From: Trichoplax adhaerens
Lineage: Eukaryota > Animalia > Placozoa
Length of the DNA: 64,000 bases
Assembly: GCF_000150275.1 (NCBI RefSeq)
Contig: NW_002060959.1
Span: forward strand, 1,085,746 to 1,149,745
Direction: 5' to 3'
Below, one piece after another: positions 39,085 through 52,600 of the stretch; position 1 is the stretch's first letter; each line of letters begins with the position of its first letter. Below the pieces are notes generated by a model. That model saw only the letters and a program-made list of their open reading frames with translations, made no database searches and had not been told where the DNA came from. The position numbers and the translations under genes were made by a program.

Positions 39085-39905
39085 AATTGGGTCAACTTTT
39101 ATATAACAGTCTATTTTATTGTACATTCTATAATCTAGTTACTACACATTAGTTGGGTAGACTTTTACAGTATATAACCATCTATTCTAGTGTAAATTGT
39201 ACTGTATAATCTGGTTAGTACACATGAGTTGGGTAGATTTTCATATGACAGTCTATTCTGTAATCGAGTTACTACACATTGGTTGAGTAGACATTTGTAT
39301 GACAATTTATTCTAGTGTATATCCTATAATCTGGTTAGTGCACATTAGTTGGGTAGACTTTTATAAACCATTTATTCTAGCATCTCTTGTACTGTATAAC
39401 TAGGTTACTACACATTAGTTGGGTAGATATTTATATGACAGTCTATTCTAGTGTACAGTTTATTGCATAATCTGGTTACTACACTTTTAGTTGGGTAGCT
39501 ATTTGAGCGTATATGACAAGCTATTCTTGTGTATATTCTATAATCTAGTAACTATACATTAATTGGGTAGACTGATATATGACAAACTAATTTAGTTACT
39601 CCACCTTAGTTGGGTAGACTTTTGTATGACAATCTATTGTATAATCTGGTTACTACACATTAGTTGGGTAGACTTTTATATGACAATCTAATCTAGCGTA
39701 TATTGCATAATCTAGTACTATACATTAGTTGGGTAGATATTTATAGGACAGTCTATTTTATCTATAATTAGGCTATTACACATTAATCGGATAGACGTTT
39801 ATATGATAATCTATTCTTGCGTTTACGTATTCTATAATCTAGTTGCTACACATTCGTTGGACAGACTTTTGTATGACAATCTATAGTATTCTTGCGTATC
39901 ATCGA
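39085..39905. repeat. Degenerate ~50-75 bp tandem array (~12 units) upstream of the NSD start codon
   Basis: Recurring tataatct.gttactacacattagttgggtagactttta.atgacagtctattct. Confidence 0.9.
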
Positions 39906-41823
39906 GTTACTTCATTTTGGACGGTTACTGCTCAATATGATCAACTGAGCCAAATATACAGTATGACTATAGATATTGCAGCATTTGAGTGTCCAATTTC
40001 TGTGCGATTATTACTCAAACGCTTATCAAGTACGTCCAACTTTCTACTACAGTAATATGCCCCTTAATTTTGGAATGGGAGGTGAACATTACTAGTAGGA
40101 ATTGACATTCCATGTCAAGATTGATCCATTTCAGTGGATTGATAGCACGTCTTGGATAGTGTTAGCAAACGATAAACTTTACCGGTGATATCATAACATC
40201 CTATGATGATATACAATAGGCTATCCTACAAGAGTTGGATCAATCAGCTATCCATCTTGAGTATTTGTGTACACTTGCATCAGCACGTGCCATCTTCCTT
40301 GAGCATGGAGATTGTTAGGAAATGGAGATCATGTTGGTCGATTGATGATCATTGTTCAATGCACAGTATGGAAATGACAGATTTACAAGATCGATATTGC
40401 TTTCACCTCTTTACTGCTACTGTCCCATTTCATGCAAGATACTAAAGCTCTAGAGCTGACTCGAATGATTTTACAGTATTTGATGCAAGAGAATAATTCA
40501 GCGTAGGGGCACTGCGTGTACGACTTTGGTTGCACATAGATCATAGGAATCATGGTGAACATTGCATTGGGTAATACAAGTTCACTGTTTATTCCTTCAA
40601 GTCGACTACATGAAAATGAAAAACAAGGTAAAATGTAGCTTACATCCACTCTTGACACCGATGAAAGTCTTACTGCAATGCTTGATTGAATAATGTCAAT
40701 TTGATCAATCTTCATCCAGCAATGGCAGGAGACAAGGAAGAAAGAAATGGCAAGAACAGGCAACGTCGATCCCCTTCGTCGATTCCCTTGCATATCAAAT
40801 CGGTACAAATTAAGAGTGAAATGGAATGACAAGAGTTACATAGTCTAATGATTCTACACCATACCAATTCTCGTATGTCTCTTATATCAACGGAAGAAAG
40901 CTATCATCCATCAGCAATTTGGATCAACTTAAGTAAACTATGGCAATTCCGAGGTGGAGAATGACGCTTGGCTAGCTGTTGAATGCAACTCCTTCTCTCA
41001 CTGCTGCCAACTTGTATCGATTGGAGAACTTTTTTTGCAGATTGATTTCTGACTACAGCGTCTTAATACCAACCATCCATTGAAGTAGACCAGTTCGATT
41101 ACAAGTTCCAACCGATTGGATAGGCTAAAAAAGAGTAAAATAGACGATAAAAAGGGGTAAAATGCAGCCTAAAAGGAATAATTGAGCAAAGAGTGCCTGG
41201 ATGGTATCTAGGTTGCGCGATCGAGGTTGAGTCGCGAGCCGTTTCACTTGACCAAGTGATGTGACCTGTACTATGGGTCGTGTCGATCGAGGTGGGTGAT
41301 GTAGTGGTCTGAAGATGGACTTGGTATACTACTGCTCTAACAGGAGTAGAATACTAGAACAACAGTATGCATTAATAGTACGATATGGCTGATCTATACT
41401 AGATCGTCCGATCCCTGCGGGTGAAGTGTCGTACCGTACTGGTCTACACCACCGGATGATGGCCATAACACCGTATAGGAAGTGAAGGATGATGTTGCTT
41501 ACTAGATCCTACTCAATGATGCATCAATTAGCAATTGTACGCAACATTACGCCTGTCTCAGTAGGTATACTACTCTCCAGAACTATCCAATGCAACACTT
41601 TCTCTTCACCCTTGACTACACACTCAGTCACTACCTAGCCCATGACTACCTGGCCAACATCGCCACTGGTGTTACCCACGCACCAGCTTCAAAAACCCGC
41701 CAAAAAATGAGGAGGTTCACACACACCAGTGACGTCAGGACGAGCAGGTGAAGTCAGCTGGGGTGCTAAAACTAGCCCAAGTGGCTTGAGAGGGTTAGCT
41801 GTATAAACTCTTTGCCATGGAGG

Positions 41824-42782
41824 GAAATATGGCTGAAATCTCAGTTATTTTACTGTAAACTACTCTAAGATAGGATGATGTCGATCCTTTGCAAATCAAG
41901 AAATGAACAATGACCTTGTAGCAGAGTAGATTTTTGAATTGCATTCACAACTGCAGTGCAAGGCAAACTGTTTACTGGTCAAGGGACCCAATCCGTTGGC
42001 GACATGCTTATTTTACTGTAAGCTACTCTAAGATAGGATGATGTCGATCCTTTGCAAATCAAGAAATGAACAATGATCTTGTAGCAGAGTAGATTTTTGA
42101 ATTGCGAGAAATATGGCTGAAACCTCAGTTATTTTACTGTTCACTACTCTAAGATAGGATAATGTCGATCATTTGCACATCAAGAAATGAACAATGATCT
42201 TGTAGCAGAGTAGATTTTTGAATTGCATCCACAACTGGAGTGCAAGGCAAACCGTTTACTGGTCAAGGGACCCAATCCGTTGGCGAGATGTTTATTTTAC
42301 TGTAAGCTGCTCTAAGATAGGATGATGTCGATCCTTTGCAAATCAAGAAATGAACAATGATCTTGTAGCAGAGTAGATTTTTGAATTGCGAGAAATATGG
42401 CTGAAACCTCAGTTATTTTACTGTTCACTACTCTAAGATAGGATAATGTCGATCCTTTGCAAATCAAGAAATGAACGATGACCTTGTAGCAGTGTAGATT
42501 TTTGAATTGCATCCACAACTGGAGTGCAAGACAAACTGTTTATTGGCCAAGGGCATTCACAACTGGAGTGCAAGGCAAACTGTTTACTGGCCAAGGGACC
42601 CAATCCGTTGGCGACATGCTTATTTTACTGTAAGCTGCTCTAAGATAGGATGATGTCGATCCTTTGCAAATCAAGAAATGAACAATGATCTTGTAACAGA
42701 GTAGATTTTGGAATTGCATTCACAACTATAGTACAAGGCAAACTATTTACCGGCCAAGGGACCCAATCCGCTGGCGACATGC
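41824..42782. repeat. High-identity satellite with higher-order structure: six ~98 bp cores and two alternating linkers
   Basis: Core ttattttactgt...ctctaagataggatgatgtcgatcctttgcaaatcaagaaatgaacaatga.cttgtagcagagtagatttttgaattgc at ~41845, 42008, 42128, 42291, 42413 and 42620. Confidence 0.93.
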
Positions 42783-43810
42783 CTAGTCTGTTTATGCATT
42801 AGATCTGTTCCGTGATGCAATGCAACCGATAGACACCGATGTAGATTAAGAATGGGTTGAGTTTGTTCGTTAACTCCTACAGTTGAAACCATAACTAAAT
42901 CCATGGAGGTAAAAGAAAACCTCCACCACCACTAACTCATTGCTTATATAAAATAAGTCCAACGGATCGTAAGGTAACGATAGCAACGAGTCCAGTACCA
43001 GTAATCAGTCAAGCCAAGTACATGTCTCGTGCTTCATAGTATACACACAGCGCTTGAGTTAGGTTCGAGTAGTATACCATACTCATGCCAAGCGACAGGA
43101 TCAGTGTTCCGTACCGAACCATTCCGTACCGACTCGTTCCGTTGCACTAGCAGCTTCCAGTACGCAAGTCCGTTCGAGCCATCATTAAGTCAAGTCAAAT
43201 GAATGAAAAATGGCGAAAATCGTCGTCTAGTGGATATTTTTCCATCGTTAGACTAGGTGGAGTAGAGCAGAGAGGATTAATTTTACTTATAAAATCAGCC
43301 TATAATCCATATTGTAAAAATTAGACCGTGAAATATCACCAAGCTTTGATATTAACCAGCTTATCTTGAGACCAAATCCCCAACATTTCGATCAAGGCAT
43401 CTTCGATTCGCCCAAAACCTCGTATGAGAATACTGGCGATCTCATTGGCAACGAAGCCTTAATCAACTCTTCTAATGGTTGTAGCCTATACTGACTTACT
43501 ACACGAATTTCTTACCTGAAAGGAAAGAGAAACGCCAAATAGAACAGATAATATCATGTCTGTGGCGATGATCAGGTTGCCATGATCAAAATGAAATCTT
43601 CATCTTCCATTATGACGATAATAAATAAGAATAACAATAATCGAAAATAAATAATTGTCTGTCAATCTTGCAAGGCCTTGTGCCACTGGCCTACTGTAGA
43701 TTCTCCATTCTGACGTTAATAGTGTATCGACGATAAATTGTGTATCGCCACTTAATTGATGGATTCACTTTGTTTATGTATATATATAACTCTTTATCCT
43801 TGATTGATAG

Positions 43811-46800
43811 AACTGCTAGCCAGATTTGCAATTCACTAGAAGATATCTTAGCTAAAACCTATGGTCCTGTAGGAATGGACGTCTTAATTGATGTCATGTC
43901 AACCAATGTTGTCGCTACCAATCATGGAAGTACCATTATCAATTCATTGCAGATATCACACCCGGTAAGGGCACTATGCTATGCAATGGAATCGTCTTGT
44001 ACTGTAGATTATTAAACAGCGTATACATTAAAGTGGATACTTGAAGGATATCATACCGCCATACGCGTACATTAATATTACCACGTAATTATTAATGTGC
44101 TTCAAATTAATGTGGATACTTAAAGGAGATCATATCGGAATACAGTAATGTTAATTTTTATGTTACCTTATATATAGTTTAAATTAACGCGGATTCTGGA
44201 AGGAAATCATATCGGAATATATTGATGTAGTGATCTTTTATTTGTATGTGTTTTAAATTAAGACAGATACTTGAAGGAGATCGTATCGCGGGATACATTA
44301 TTATGATATGGTTATCTTTTAATTTCCCCTTTTATCATCTTTTATGTATTGTAAATTATAGTAGATACTCGAAGGAGATCATATTGAGATACATAAATAT
44401 TATTACCCATGTTATTATGTAGTTGTCATTCATGTATTTTAAATGGACGTGGATACTTGACGGGGTTCATATCGGCATGCATTAATATTGTCATGTAGTT
44501 ATTATTTATGTGTTTTAAATTAACGTGGATATTTACAGCAGATCATATCGGGCATACATTAATAATGTTCTATAATTATCATTTATTTATATATTTTAAG
44601 TTAACGCGGATACTTGAAGGACATCGTATCGGGATACAATAATATTTATTATGTTTTCATCTTATATCTCGATGTTATAAATTAATGGGGACACTTAACT
44701 ATTTTAAATTAATGGGAATACTTGAAGGAGATCATATCGGGGTGTATTAACATTATTATGTAGTTATCTGATGTGTTTTAAATCAACGTAGATATTTGAA
44801 AGACACCATATCTGGATATATTAATATTATTATGCAGTTATCTTTTACGTATTTCAAATGAAAACAGATAGTCGTAAGTAATCATATAAGGATATACTAA
44901 TACGGGAATATTATTATTTTAATCTTTTACCTGTTTAAGTTAACAGGGATGCCAATAGGAAATCATATCGGGATACATTTATAATATTATTATGCTATCT
45001 TCTACGCGTTTCAAATTAATTGTGACACTTCAAGGGGGATCACATCAAGATCATTAATATGTATTCTACAGTATAATCTTAACACGAATACTTGAAAGAG
45101 ATCATGCTGTGGTAAAATAATACGTTACATATCATCTTTGCTTTTAAATTAGCACTAGCACTTCAAGGAGGTCATATCAAGATACCCAAATACATATACG
45201 TATTATATTCGTCCAGTATTATCACCCATTTAAAATCAATACTCATCGTGAAACAGTTCTTATCGAGATTTGTTACTATATATAGTCTATGATTATAAAT
45301 TAATCCGAATACTTCAAAGAGACTATCCTAAGGTATATTAATATCATTTTCGATTCTTTTATCGTTTTATAAATAGGTAGGACAATTAATTACCAACTCG
45401 GTTAAGAAATTTTACGATAAAACAGGTAGAAGAGGAAAAATGCCCATTTGTAACTTGTCTAGTTATCCCTGTGCTATTGAGCGTCATGTATTGTTAAACT
45501 CAGTATTTTACTTATCTACTATTTTAATAGCAGGGTAAATTAAATTATATTTGTAATTCTTAACCTAAACATTGTCACAGTATACGCAATTGATAGAATA
45601 ATGTATAAGGAAGATGATAAAAGCATTTTGATAAATGATACATTTATTAGGTGATGGCTCAACCTCATTTGTATTGATAATGGCATCGATGATGAGACAG
45701 GTATGCTTGAATTAATGGTGGGAATAAATGCAAAAATTCATAATTTTTACCAAACCAAGTAATCAGATGTTATATATATAATATGCTACGCATGATACGC
45801 TAATTATTACTGGTTAAATCTATAAATCAAGGGTATATAGTGCACATTTTCTGCCTATAAATTGTAAAGGTGATATGTATAGTAAGAGAATACTCGATCT
45901 ATCTACTGCTCCTATTACGTAGATTTTGCGTCATGCGGAAAGTGAAGATACAAATAATAAATGGCGTAGCGATCATAAGGAAACAATTATTAAATGTAAA
46001 ACTATTTACTACTTATAAACCTTTCGATTACTACATTTCTAATCCCTCGATATATCCAATTTCTAAATGTATAATTATTGTCACATTGAATAAATTCTAT
46101 TAGTATCTAGAGCTTTTAGGAAAGTCAATATTGATCTTGACCAGTATTTTACTCCCATCTTACACAAAATGGTAAAAACATTAATCGCTTTGCTAAATAT
46201 CGATTAGAAACGATAAAAATGTAAGTACTGAGTAGCATGATAAAACTTTTTTTTATAAATATCTGATTATGTAGGCGACTTGTCTAACTGACTTCAATAA
46301 AAACTCTGTCATTGAGTCCCTTAATGGCATTATTACCACAGGTAAGATATTTGATAGTATTGCATGCTTGGCTTTTTCCGTATAATTATGCTTTAGTAAT
46401 ACGTATATTTTTAGCTTATTTCTTTATACAAATCGAAAGCATTTAAGGTGATTGTAGAGATGCAGAGTAGAATTTTAGTTTTTATCCTATTTATATTGGA
46501 TTCTATTAAATGCCTCGATGATCATTTTAGTAATTTATAAGTTTGCAATTGCTATGATTTTATCAACTCTTCTAGCTATGAATGGAAAGTTTGGATCCTT
46601 AGCTGTAGAAAAACTGACGAAAATTACCGTCGAGTTAATTCTGCGACATGCATGTAATTTATCTACTTGTGAAGCTTTAAATAAGGTCATTATAAATTGG
46701 CCATCACCTGTCTTGCATCTTTTGTATACGAAGTTAAAATAGGATTAGAATATGATATCATTAATAATAAGAGCACACTCTAATTCTTAGACAATCAACA

Positions 46801-49120
46801 AACTTGTTGATGAATTTTATCTTATTGTTACTGAAATTCCTCAAATCCCGTTAAGTGAATCTTGCATATTAAATGGGTAATTTGAATTATTTTAAAGCTG
46901 TTATACGGTGTAAAATTACTGTCAGCTAAGATGATACATCCCTCTTTTATAGTATTTTACTTAGGTATAACTCCAAAGGAGTAAACGATAAACTTATTGC
47001 TGCTCTGTCAAATCAGAAATATCCTTCACTAATCCGAAAGTTTAGTTAAGAGGCTGAAATTTAAGCATTGGTCAAAAGCGAATTAAAAGCATTGAGATAT
47101 TTTATCAATGATATTTTAAAATTAATAATTTTAATATCCTTAACTAATTGTTACCTTCAAGTTTACTTGCATAGCATTTAAATTAGACCAAAGTATAAGA
47201 CAAGGAGAACATACATCTCTTAGGTACTTTCGAGATATTACAGTAAACAAGTATTAACATGGATATTTATAAAAAATATTATATCTTATAATGGATGTTT
47301 CTTCCCGTGTTAGCTTCAGTAGATCTTCACAAGTAGATGGTGCTGTTGAATATCAGCAGAGCCGAATTAAGCGGTTTCTTAGCAAACTGCAAGATGAAAA
47401 TGTCAAGTAAGATTAGAAAATCAACGGAAAAACTAACTTAGGCGGATAGCGATAAGAAACTTTATGTATTATAAATTTTCTTGAATCTGTTTATAATTGT
47501 CTCTGATAGTATAAACTTTTACATTAATAGATTAATTATTAGTACAGAGAGTGTAACTGATGTTGCTGTATATCTTTGCAATCGAGCTGGAATTATTATC
47601 TTAGCAGTAAGTGAGGCCATTAATATATGTAGTAGTTAATGATTTATTATGTATATGTAGGTATCGCTAAAATTTATCATATATTTCTGGTATAAACTAT
47701 TTACTATTGCTTTCTGTATTATCAGAATGTAGCTGAGGAAGAAGCCAATCGAATAGGATATTACTGTAACCTTGGCATCATTTATGAAGTCGACATGGTT
47801 AGCAAATAAAATATGAAATCTATTTATAATCTACAATTGATTAAATTTGAATGAGTATATTAAAAAATACCTATTTTTCATGCAAGGAGGAAACGCTAAT
47901 ATCGAAATTCACTGGTATTACCTCTTGCCAATTTATTACCAAGAGCACGCAACGGTAATAGTAGTAGTTAAATTTATAATAATAATTTTGACTTGTAGTC
48001 AAAATTGAATGATTTAAGTGAAATTAATTAGCGCATATATACTCTTACTTTACTTTCCAGGTATATTCAATTTATTCCACAACTTGCGGAATCAAACAGG
48101 TAATGATTACGGAAAAACTGCGTTCTACCACTCAATAATTTGCTAATATTAATTTATTTTTATAATATCTTTTAAAAGGATGTATCATCTTTTGCTTTGC
48201 GGACTAGCCAAAGAACTATGCCATCAGTATCGAGCTGCAATCCATAATAGTCTAAAATGTGTACTGATGTGGCTAGATCCACCGTATTGCTTGCGCACGT
48301 ACCAACCATGTACCGTACCTGGTGGAGGTGCTACAGAATTTGCTCTCGCTAGAGCTCTGAAGGTGTTGCCGTCTAACGATAGCAATGATCCAGTTTATCG
48401 AAGTGCTTGTCAAATTCTTAGCGAGGTATGACGAATAATGATGCTTTACAACATAAAACTACGAATTCAACACCATAGCATTGCGCAACATTTCATATTA
48501 GCACTTTGATTTTATTTTTAAGAGTCTTCTAGCTATACCACGAACTCTTTATAACAACTCAACTAACAGTACAGCGGGAGGCTTTATCCGGATTTTAAAG
48601 GTAGGGATATTATTATTGGGTTGTTTACGAGAGAATTTTTATGTAAATATGGCAAAGAATAATTCGGCTTTAACTGATATTAGGAAATAGATTCCGAATC
48701 AAGTGCACTAGGCAGTCATAATTGGAAAGGTATTAATCCATATACAGGTACATAATTATTCCAGTTGTATTACTGTTCAGTGAATGTATTGGCTCTTTCT
48801 TGAGTTATTAACACTAAGATCTATTACTAACTTGGGTAGGCCATTTTGGCAGTAGCCACAATGTTATTGAACCAATGTATATTAGGTAATAAAATACTTG
48901 TTAATTTGGATATCATAAACATCATAAGAACGCATTTTCAGCATTACATGCTTACAAAATACATCGAAAGTTTATTACTTTTTTTGACTTGCTTATTTTT
49001 AGATACTACAGTGTCCGACAATGCTTACAAGTTATCACTCAGATTCTAAAAATAGATAAAGTGATTTCTGCCATAGGCTGCGGAAATGGACGAAATAAGG
49101 CAGACGAACAAGATAATTAA
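43811..49120 (+). CDS. BBS10: Chaperonin-like Bardet-Biedl protein, BBS10-like, ~19 small exons; first exon and start codon not resolved
   Basis: Spliced peptides: TASQICNSLEDILAKTYGPVGMDVLI..HGSTIINSLQISHP / VGQLITNSVKKFYDKT / GDGSTSFVLIMASMMRQ ... LLLCGLAKELCHQYRAAIHNSLK..VPGGGATEFAL ... LLAIPRTLYNNS ... QCLQVITQILKIDKVI. Stop at 49118-49120. It is a divergent group II chaperonin fold. The retained GDG motif and the C-terminus fit BBS10 better than MKKS or canonical CCT subunits. Confidence 0.75.
44025..45335. repeat. Degenerate ~77 bp tandem array (~16 units) in a BBS10 intron
   Basis: Core ttaaattaacgtggatacttgaaggagatcatatcgggatacattaatat recurs at roughly 62-108 bp spacing. Confidence 0.88.
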
Positions 49121-49684
49121 GCTGCTATAATTGACAAAATTAAAAGCAATGATTATTTTGCAAAGTAGGTCCACTTGTTCCTACTCATAGGGATATATCG
49201 GAATTTAAGTATATTAGAAAAGCAATACCAGATTGCAGAATACCGAACATTCTATCATTTATCTTCGAATAACAATGATAATTAATATGCAGATAGAAAT
49301 GAGAGTACTTTATAAAATGCGGAAAAAATGATTTTTTATGAAAGTGTAGGAACACGTACGACATCAAAATTTTAAAGGTGGAAGAACAATATACTGCATC
49401 AGTACGCATTGGATTGGAATTGTTGTTCAACATTCATCGTAACAGCGGTTAAATATTAGCACCTAGAAGGTTGTTACTTTATAAAGACTTGCTCACTGTA
49501 AAAAAAATATTATTAACTTACACCGGAATTGATATTTTTATAAAAAATGCTTATGTATGGTACTTCGCATACATAGGGCATACATACATACATAAATACA
49601 TACATACTTACATACTTATAGGAAAATACATACAATAAAAAAATAAAGATTTGAAATCCTATCGAGACCAAAGAAAATAAGAAA

Positions 49685-52600
49685 TCATTGCGTTAGCGGC
49701 AACGTCGATGCCGTAGATAAAGGGGATTGGTGATTGGGATAATCTTCGTTTCTGTAATCTCCCAAACTATTCCCGTTCAGTAAACAGTTGATGATATTAA
49801 GTACGGCTACTCCAATGTCATCTACTGTAGCCAATCTGTCAGCAAGGGTCTCCCAATCATCAAGGCAGACGTTTCGTGGAAGCTGAAGTATAAAAAATGA
49901 GTGCAATAGGGATTACATGAAATATTTTTATTACATCTGATAAATTGCATATTATAGACTAAGGTTAATTACTTCAAATATTTGCTGAGGAACATTAAAT
50001 TTTCCTCCAGCAGCGCCACCAGTAACTTTAATTGGAATAACAGTATGATCATTCCAGCAAAATTGTTCCGCTTCATGTGCTGCACCAGGTCCTCCTTCAA
50101 TTAATATACAAATACTAATTGCCTTGGATACAATAATCTCACGCTCTCGAACATTATCTCCTGCAAATATTGTAGAACCAAATGGGACATCCATGAAGGT
50201 CTTGTCACTATTTTGCCTAGCTTGTAATGATCGATCCTAGAAGTTATAATACGTGAACAATGGTCAATTTTATACGCTATATCTGTTAACATTGTGTTTA
50301 AACCAGGTGATATCGTAAGTATTACTGACCTGTTCGTCGCGTACTGGCAGCACATGGTAAACTAAAGGTTCCTTTTTGGACGTTATACGTTTATTATAAA
50401 AACTACGACCTAAGGGACAAAATATTAGCTTTAAGCTTATGTATTATTCGACATTATCGTACGTATTTTCTTTAATTATAGTCAATCCTAACATGAAAGC
50501 TTTCCTTTACACACAACTTTACGAGAATTATTCTATGCATCTCTAAATATAATTGAATATACTTTACCTAAAACATCACCAACTCCATAGAATCCTCCAG
50601 TTATAAGGCTTAAATTATCGAAATCAGCCAAGCATGCACCAATGGACCTTTTTTTTAAGACGATAGCATATCAATGAGTAAATGTAATGTCCAGTTCATG
50701 CTAACTTTCTTGTCATACTTGCAAATCGCCTCTGTGTTCTTGCTATAAAATTTTGTGCCGCCAGAGATGTATACACAGGGATCGCTTCGTGGTAAAGTTT
50801 CCCTTAAAAGATAGCTCTACAAAGCCGTTGGTTAATTAAAATTTTAGGTAAAAACAATCTCTTTACTTTAAATACAAAAGCATTGACTAGTAAAATATTG
50901 TAATTGAAGATATTAATACCTTAAGAGAGATGTCAGCATCATTTAACAGATTATCTTCCCGATTAAACGTCTGTCGTACGCGAGCTACTAGTGTCTGTTT
51001 ATAGTCTTTTCGTTGAACGTCCTAATGGCAATTGGTCATTAGAGTATAAAGGCTAAGCTACGGTTTGAAGACTTTTAAAAATCCGATATTGTATGCAAAA
51101 GTAATGTTAACTAAACAACCTCGAGAGGAGCAGTTCCAATTAGCATCGACAGCCAACCTGGCATGGCAAATTCTTCAGCTTTTAAAGGAATAAATCTTTT
51201 CCTATGTTCACAATAGTATACCTGATGTAGCAATTTGAGAATGGTGATTAAATACCAAATTGGATACCAAATAAACCCTTCAAATTTAGATTAACTGCAA
51301 AAGAATATACAAGATCTACGCACCTGCTGTTGACATAAACGTGAAGTAGCAAATGCTTGCGACAACAAAAAGATGACCATACAAGCTTCATCAGTAATTC
51401 TCTGAAATTCAATTCTCATTCGTTTTGTTGCTTTTTCGGTTAATTCTAGTTGTATGTTGATAATAAATATATATAAATATGAATTATTGCAATGATCTAA
51501 GCACTGAAACTTTAGACAGTATTACAGATTGCTCTAAATGGACTGTTTTTAATATTTGTCGATGAAGGGTAACGATTTTATTTCTATATCATTGTATAAC
51601 ATATTTCTATTGCTAGCATCAGACCAGTCTTTTGGCTTATTTTCGCCCTTTTGTTACTGCGGAGCTTTTTCTTGGCGGGTTCATTGACAGTCTTGTATAA
51701 ATCCGCCATGAGTTCACTGGTCAATACTATTTCGTAACCTTCTTCTTCTAAACAATTTTTGATTTCATTAGCCTGCAAATTGAAGAAGCGAATTAATTTA
51801 CGCTTTTTCTTATGGTATGATTTTGTAGTGCTATAGTTACATGCAGTTAAACATGCTTAGATTATACAGGTTAAAATACCTATTACATTCAATAGCAAAA
51901 ATAGAGATCTATCCTTACAATATTGTCCTGAGTAGGGTGACAGCTAAGAATGATAAGTGGTTTTCCATCACGAGGCTCCTGGGATGCCATAGGGGATGAT
52001 GCATTTCCAAACAATTGTAAAGGGCAACTGCGTATCATCGAAATTCTCTTCTGTAGTTGCGTATCTGAACTTTCGTCATCGAACGTTTCTGTACTATCGG
52101 ATAGCGATATAGATCGACGGCATAATTCGCCTATTTGTTGAGCAACTCCAACTACATACACTTTATCCCAATATGAAATGTCATCTTTATTACCATCTAG
52201 TAATCAATCGGAATTCATCATTTTGTTGTCAATTAATTCATGCTACAAGAAAAACATAATGGAAGATTTGAAAAGAAACCTTTTAAAATATTTTCCGTAG
52301 TTTTCCATGGAACAAACTGTGTTGTTGCAAATTGAATAGCTAGACACCTATAGTTTAGAAATGAAGTGTAAAGCGAGGAAACAAATAATGTATTAGACGA
52401 TTATGTGGCATAACTTACAGATAGCTGTTAGTTATAATGCTGCATGCAATTTAATTTTATTTCACAGAGTGTATGAATTTTTCAAACTTACGCGGGAGGC
52501 CAATCACTTAGAAAATTAACAGGCACGACATATTTTCCTAAAACATCCGCTAGCTTGATCTAATTTATCCAAACACCAAAATAATTTGTGAAGTTGGTTT

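Noticed and set aside
40203-40832. ORFs of 80 and 149 aa upstream of NSD
   Set aside because: No recognisable domain and no supporting splice structure; probably UTR, intron or intergenic sequence.
41630-41800. GC-rich stretch considered as a tRNA or other ncRNA
   Set aside because: No cloverleaf, A/B boxes or recognisable RNA family motif; more likely promoter sequence.
41824-42782. CRISPR array or snoRNA cluster
   Set aside because: The linkers are two recurring types rather than unique spacers, the cores are ~98 bp, and I found no convincing paired C/D or H/ACA boxes.
44025-45335. CRISPR-like look (conserved core with variable spacers)
   Set aside because: The cores are degenerate, the spacers are homologous to each other, the array lies in a spliceosomal intron and there are no cas genes. 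It is a minisatellite.
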